61,236 nucleotides of DNA from an uncultured Verrucomicrobiota bacterium (GTDB lineage Bacteria; Verrucomicrobiota; Verrucomicrobiia; Limisphaerales; UBA8199), in NCBI GenBank assembly GCA_903873945.1, contig CAIQQM010000191.1:1-61236 (forward strand). The letters are read 5' to 3'. The position numbers and the translations under genes are program-made. Positions 57,865 to 61,236 of the stretch are shown in pieces. A model generated the notes under the pieces. That model made no database searches. It saw nothing but the letters and a program-made list of their open reading frames with translations, and had not been told where the DNA came from. Position 1 is the stretch's first letter. Each line of letters begins with the position of its first letter.

Positions 57865-58832
57865 TGCTCGTCAGCATCGGCGACCAGGTTGAGGCAGGCA
57901 CATACTGCTTTCATTCCTGGTTCGCCCGGGCTGTAAATTTCGAGCGCAACGGCCGCCTGGTCTCGGTGGTTGATGAAGACATCGGCCCCGGTCCGCTGAG
58001 CATTGTCCTTCGCGGACGAAAGCTGAGAACGGGCCAGGCTGTGGCGCATCCGCTGGAAATCGGCAATCACACGGTGGTCTTTGAAGGCCACCGTTTTTCT
58101 TTTGAGCGCCGCCATCGTTATCATTCCGCGCTGGAGTGGGAAGCGGGCGGCCTCAAACCGATTAACTGCCGGTCCATTCCCAAGCCGTCCCCCCGATCTT
58201 CCGCCCGCCAGAAGGGGAGACGGGAGAACCTTAACCGTTTCCAGCAGAACCTGCCGGTTTTTGAGGAATTATTGAAGAGCACCGCCCCTCCCGGAAGCCT
58301 CGCTTTCCTTTTGGACAAACGGCGCCTAGTCAACTTCCGGGCAGGTTTCGAGCGCGCTTTCGCCAGGCAGGCAATGGGGGGAGTGCGCTGCATCTTTCAT
58401 GGCAGTCTTCTGAAGGGCATCGGCTCTTTGAAAGGCTGTGGCGTGGGTTTGACCCCCAGCGGCGATGATTTCATCGCCGGATTGCTTATCGGCCTCAACC
58501 TTCTGCAAGAGATGCACGGCCGGGATTACCAGCCCATTGCGGATGCAATCTTCAACGCCGCCCAAGGGAACAACATCTTTTCAAACACCTTTCTCGACCT
58601 GGCGCGCCAGGGCCGGCTCTTCGGCCGCATGAAAGACCTGATTTTGTCGCTAAGGGGCGGCAGCAGGAACGCCGTGGAAAAATCGGCAAAGAAGCTGTTT
58701 GCCATCGGTGAAAGTTCCGGAGCCGACCTGGGCACAGGATTCTGGATGACCGTCCAGGATGGAGTCGGAACGGCGGAGCGATGGAAAGAGCAATCCTTAA
58801 CTATTCCGACCCCGGATTCGCGTTTTACGTAA
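57861..58832 (+). CDS. DUF2877 protein (YlbF/AllH-like)
   Basis: GCGVGLTPSGDDFIAG and IGESSGADLGTG motifs; ATGA overlap with DUF35 gene. Confidence 0.88.
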   Translation: MMLVSIGDQVEAGTYCFHSWFARAVNFERNGRLVSVVDEDIGPGPLSIVLRGRKLRTGQAVAHPLEIGNHTVVFEGHRFSFERRHRYHSALEWEAGGLKPINCRSIPKPSPRSSARQKGRRENLNRFQQNLPVFEELLKSTAPPGSLAFLLDKRRLVNFRAGFERAFARQAMGGVRCIFHGSLLKGIGSLKGCGVGLTPSGDDFIAGLLIGLNLLQEMHGRDYQPIADAIFNAAQGNNIFSNTFLDLARQGRLFGRMKDLILSLRGGSRNAVEKSAKKLFAIGESSGADLGTGFWMTVQDGVGTAERWKEQSLTIPTPDSRFT

Positions 58833-58948
58833 AGAGGTTTACGTTGTTAAAAACAGCCGGAATCTTTCGTTTTTTGCCAATTCGCCTTTACAATTGGGAC
58901 AGGCCCGGGGCATGGTAAACAGGTTTCTGTTGCATAAAACTCTTATAC

Positions 58949-60505
58949 GTGATGACTGTCGCCGGCCAAATTAAAAAGGGAGCTTATTTCGATTCCGTTA
59001 CTTTGATGCGTGTTGGCAAAGAGCTTGCGGGGCTTCCGGGTGTAGCTGACGCCGCAGTGGTCATGGGAACGCAATCCAACAAGGCGATCCTCAGCGCCAG
59101 CGGCTTGCTGATTTCAAAGTTCGATGAGGCGGGAGACACCGACCTGTTGGTCGCCGCAAAAGCCAGCTCTCCGGCAGCAGCGGAAAAGGCCCTGGCCGCG
59201 GTGGATGAACTGCTCAAGAAAGCCACAAAAAAGACCGCCACTGGAGCGCAGGCCAACCCGATGAGTTTGAGCGGGGCGATGAAGGTGCTACCGGGCTCAA
59301 ACCTGGCGTTGATTTCAGTAGCCGGCCGCTACGCGGGTGACCTAGCGATGCAGGCGCTTGAAAACAACCTGCATGTCATGCTGTTTTCGGACAACGTGCC
59401 GCTGGAGCAGGAAATCAAGCTCAAGAAATTCGCGCGCAACCGGGGACTGCTGGTGATGGGGCCGGATTGCGGCACGGCGATCATCAATGGCGTGCCGCTC
59501 GCCTTTGCGAACGTGGTCAAACGCGGGAACATCGGCATCGTGGCCGCAGCGGGCACGGGCCTGCAGGAAGTCAGCTGCCTCATCGCCAACGCCGGCGGCG
59601 GCGTTTCGCAAGCCATCGGCACCGGCGGGCGCGATGTGAAGGAGGAAGTGGGCGGCATCATGTTCATCGAGGGGCTCAAAGCCCTAGCCAAAGATGCGCA
59701 AACGCGAGTGATCCTGCTGGTTTCGAAACCCCCGCACCCGGCGGTGCTTCGCCGGATTGAAACTGTGGCGAAAGGAATCCGAAAACCCATTGTCACCCTG
59801 TTTATTGGCGCCAAAGCAGCGGCCGGCGGGCCCGCCACTCTCGAGGAAGCCGCGCTGCAAGCGGTAGCGCTGGCGCAGGGCCGGCAGCCGGGCACAGTGG
59901 CCCAGCAGCTTGCCGCCAGAGACGAGGAGTTCCGGAAGCTGGCCCGGCGCGAAGCCGCGAAGCGACAGAAGGGCCGGAAATACCTGCGGGGCCTCTTCAG
60001 CGGAGGCACTTTTTGCGCCGAAGCGCAGATTTTGTTGAAGGACCTGCTTGCGAATGTGCATTCGAATGCGCCGGTCAAGGGCGCGAAACAGCTCCGCAAC
60101 TCTTTGCTCAGCGAAAAGAACACCCTGATCGATCTGGGCGAGGATGAATTCACGGTAGGGCGGCCGCATCCCATGATTGACTATTCGCTCAGGAACAGCC
60201 GGATCCTCAAAGAGGCGGCGGATGCGGAAACGGCGGTCATCCTGCTCGACATCGTCCTCGGTTATGGCTCGAACCTGGACCCGGTGGGAGAGATTTCGGG
60301 AATGATCCGCCAGGCGGCGCGCAAAGTTTCAGTGGTTTGTTCAATTACGGGCACCGATGAGGATCCACAGAACCGCAGCAAGGTGGAAGCCGCGCTGCGG
60401 AAAGCAGGAGCCCTGGTGATGCCCTCGAACGCGGCAGCCTGCATTTTCGCAGGCAGGATTATTCAGTGCCTGGGCTACGGCGCGAAAAACAAAAGCTCGA
60501 AATGA
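58949..60505 (+). CDS. fdrA: FdrA (AllF)-like acyl-CoA synthetase alpha-subunit homologue
   Basis: YFDSVTLM, MLFSDNV, VMGPDCGT, GTGLQE, AIGTGGRD, GLFSGGTFCAE, DEFTVGRPHPMID. Confidence 0.92.
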   Translation: MMTVAGQIKKGAYFDSVTLMRVGKELAGLPGVADAAVVMGTQSNKAILSASGLLISKFDEAGDTDLLVAAKASSPAAAEKALAAVDELLKKATKKTATGAQANPMSLSGAMKVLPGSNLALISVAGRYAGDLAMQALENNLHVMLFSDNVPLEQEIKLKKFARNRGLLVMGPDCGTAIINGVPLAFANVVKRGNIGIVAAAGTGLQEVSCLIANAGGGVSQAIGTGGRDVKEEVGGIMFIEGLKALAKDAQTRVILLVSKPPHPAVLRRIETVAKGIRKPIVTLFIGAKAAAGGPATLEEAALQAVALAQGRQPGTVAQQLAARDEEFRKLARREAAKRQKGRKYLRGLFSGGTFCAEAQILLKDLLANVHSNAPVKGAKQLRNSLLSEKNTLIDLGEDEFTVGRPHPMIDYSLRNSRILKEAADAETAVILLDIVLGYGSNLDPVGEISGMIRQAARKVSVVCSITGTDEDPQNRSKVEAALRKAGALVMPSNAAACIFAGRIIQCLGYGAKNKSSK

Positions 60506-61236
60506 AGAAGTCCATAACCCAATTGTTCGGCAGCGAGTTAAAAGTGATTAATTTCGGGCTGTCGGCCTTCAAGCAGGCGTTGGACGAGGTCCGCGTGCCC
60601 GCCGTGCAAGTGGATTGGAAACCGCCGGTTGGCGTGGATCCGAAACTTGTGAAGCGAGTGGAGGCTGCCGGGCCGGCGATCGAGAAGGCAAACGCCCAGG
60701 TCATGAAGATCATCCTGGGCGGCATGCCGCAGCTTATCGGCCTCGAGCGAGCGATCGACGTTATTCCCGGAATGAAACGGAACCTGCTCCTGCATGCGGG
60801 GCCGCCGATCACCTGGGACAGAATGTGCGGCCCCATGCGCGGCGCGATTATTGGCGCCCTCCTTTATGAGCGCCAGGCGGAATCGGCCGAAGACGCGGAG
60901 CGGCTGGCGGCATCCGGCGAGATTGAGTATTCGCCGTGCCACGAACATGCGTCGGTCGGGCCGATGGCCGGAGTGGTATCGCCGTCGATGCCGGTTTTCG
61001 TTTTAAAGAACGAGGCGTTTGGCAACCAGGCATATTGCACGATGAACGAAGGCCTGGGCAAAGTATTGCGCTACGGCGCCTATGGCGAAGACGTGATCCA
61101 AAGGCTTCGCTGGATGGAGAACACGCTTTACCCGACATTAAAAAAAGCCCTGGCGAAGCTGGGTAAAATCAATCTTAAAAACATCATCGCCCAGGCGCTG
61201 CACATGGGCGACGAAGTCCATAACCGGAACCGCGCC
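60502..61236 (+). CDS. DUF1116 protein (YlbE/AllG-like), runs off window end
   Basis: Manual translation from ATG 60502: MKKSITQLFGSELKVINFGL..VQVDWKPP..LLHAGPPITW..PCHEHASVGPMAG..NEGLGKVLRYGA..LHMGDEVHNRN. Confidence 0.9.
   Translation, partial: MKKSITQLFGSELKVINFGLSAFKQALDEVRVPAVQVDWKPPVGVDPKLVKRVEAAGPAIEKANAQVMKIILGGMPQLIGLERAIDVIPGMKRNLLLHAGPPITWDRMCGPMRGAIIGALLYERQAESAEDAERLAASGEIEYSPCHEHASVGPMAGVVSPSMPVFVLKNEAFGNQAYCTMNEGLGKVLRYGAYGEDVIQRLRWMENTLYPTLKKALAKLGKINLKNIIAQALHMGDEVHNRNRA

Noticed and set aside
1-61236. tRNA, rRNA or IS transposase genes
   Set aside because: None recognised on either strand by eye

Overview
GC-rich bacterial chromosome segment, most likely Verrucomicrobiota (Pedosphaera/Limisphaerales-like). 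This is inferred from GYF_2 membrane proteins, a prepilin/H-X9-DG protein, a secreted protein with an 'STNLTDW...FYRL' tail and the argCJBDF block behind rplM-rpsI. Most of 1-49.5 kb is housekeeping: MacAB-type efflux with an MFS, trpD, mutS, tonB-exbB-exbD, asd, an RNA helicase, ornithine decarboxylase plus a deoxyhypusine-synthase homologue, nth, kamA, moaA, serA, mdh, the arg operon, rplM/rpsI, lspA and three RluA-family enzymes. Notable signals: (i) a ~2.2-kb insertion in the GYF_2 cluster bounded by an 87-bp direct repeat; (ii) a DeoC homologue lacking its catalytic residues; (iii) an apparently intact orphan terminase module (small + large subunit + divergent XRE repressor) with operator-like palindromes and a 10-bp-phased GTACAC array but no portal or capsid genes; (iv) an octaheme HAO-family cytochrome bracketed by direct repeats; (v) an operon joining a GNAT-like protein, a thiolase lacking its nucleophilic Cys and a DUF35 protein to a DUF2877-FdrA-DUF1116 (AllH/AllF/AllG-like) module, the best candidate for an undescribed metabolic system. 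All family calls come from motif recognition by eye; no searches were run.
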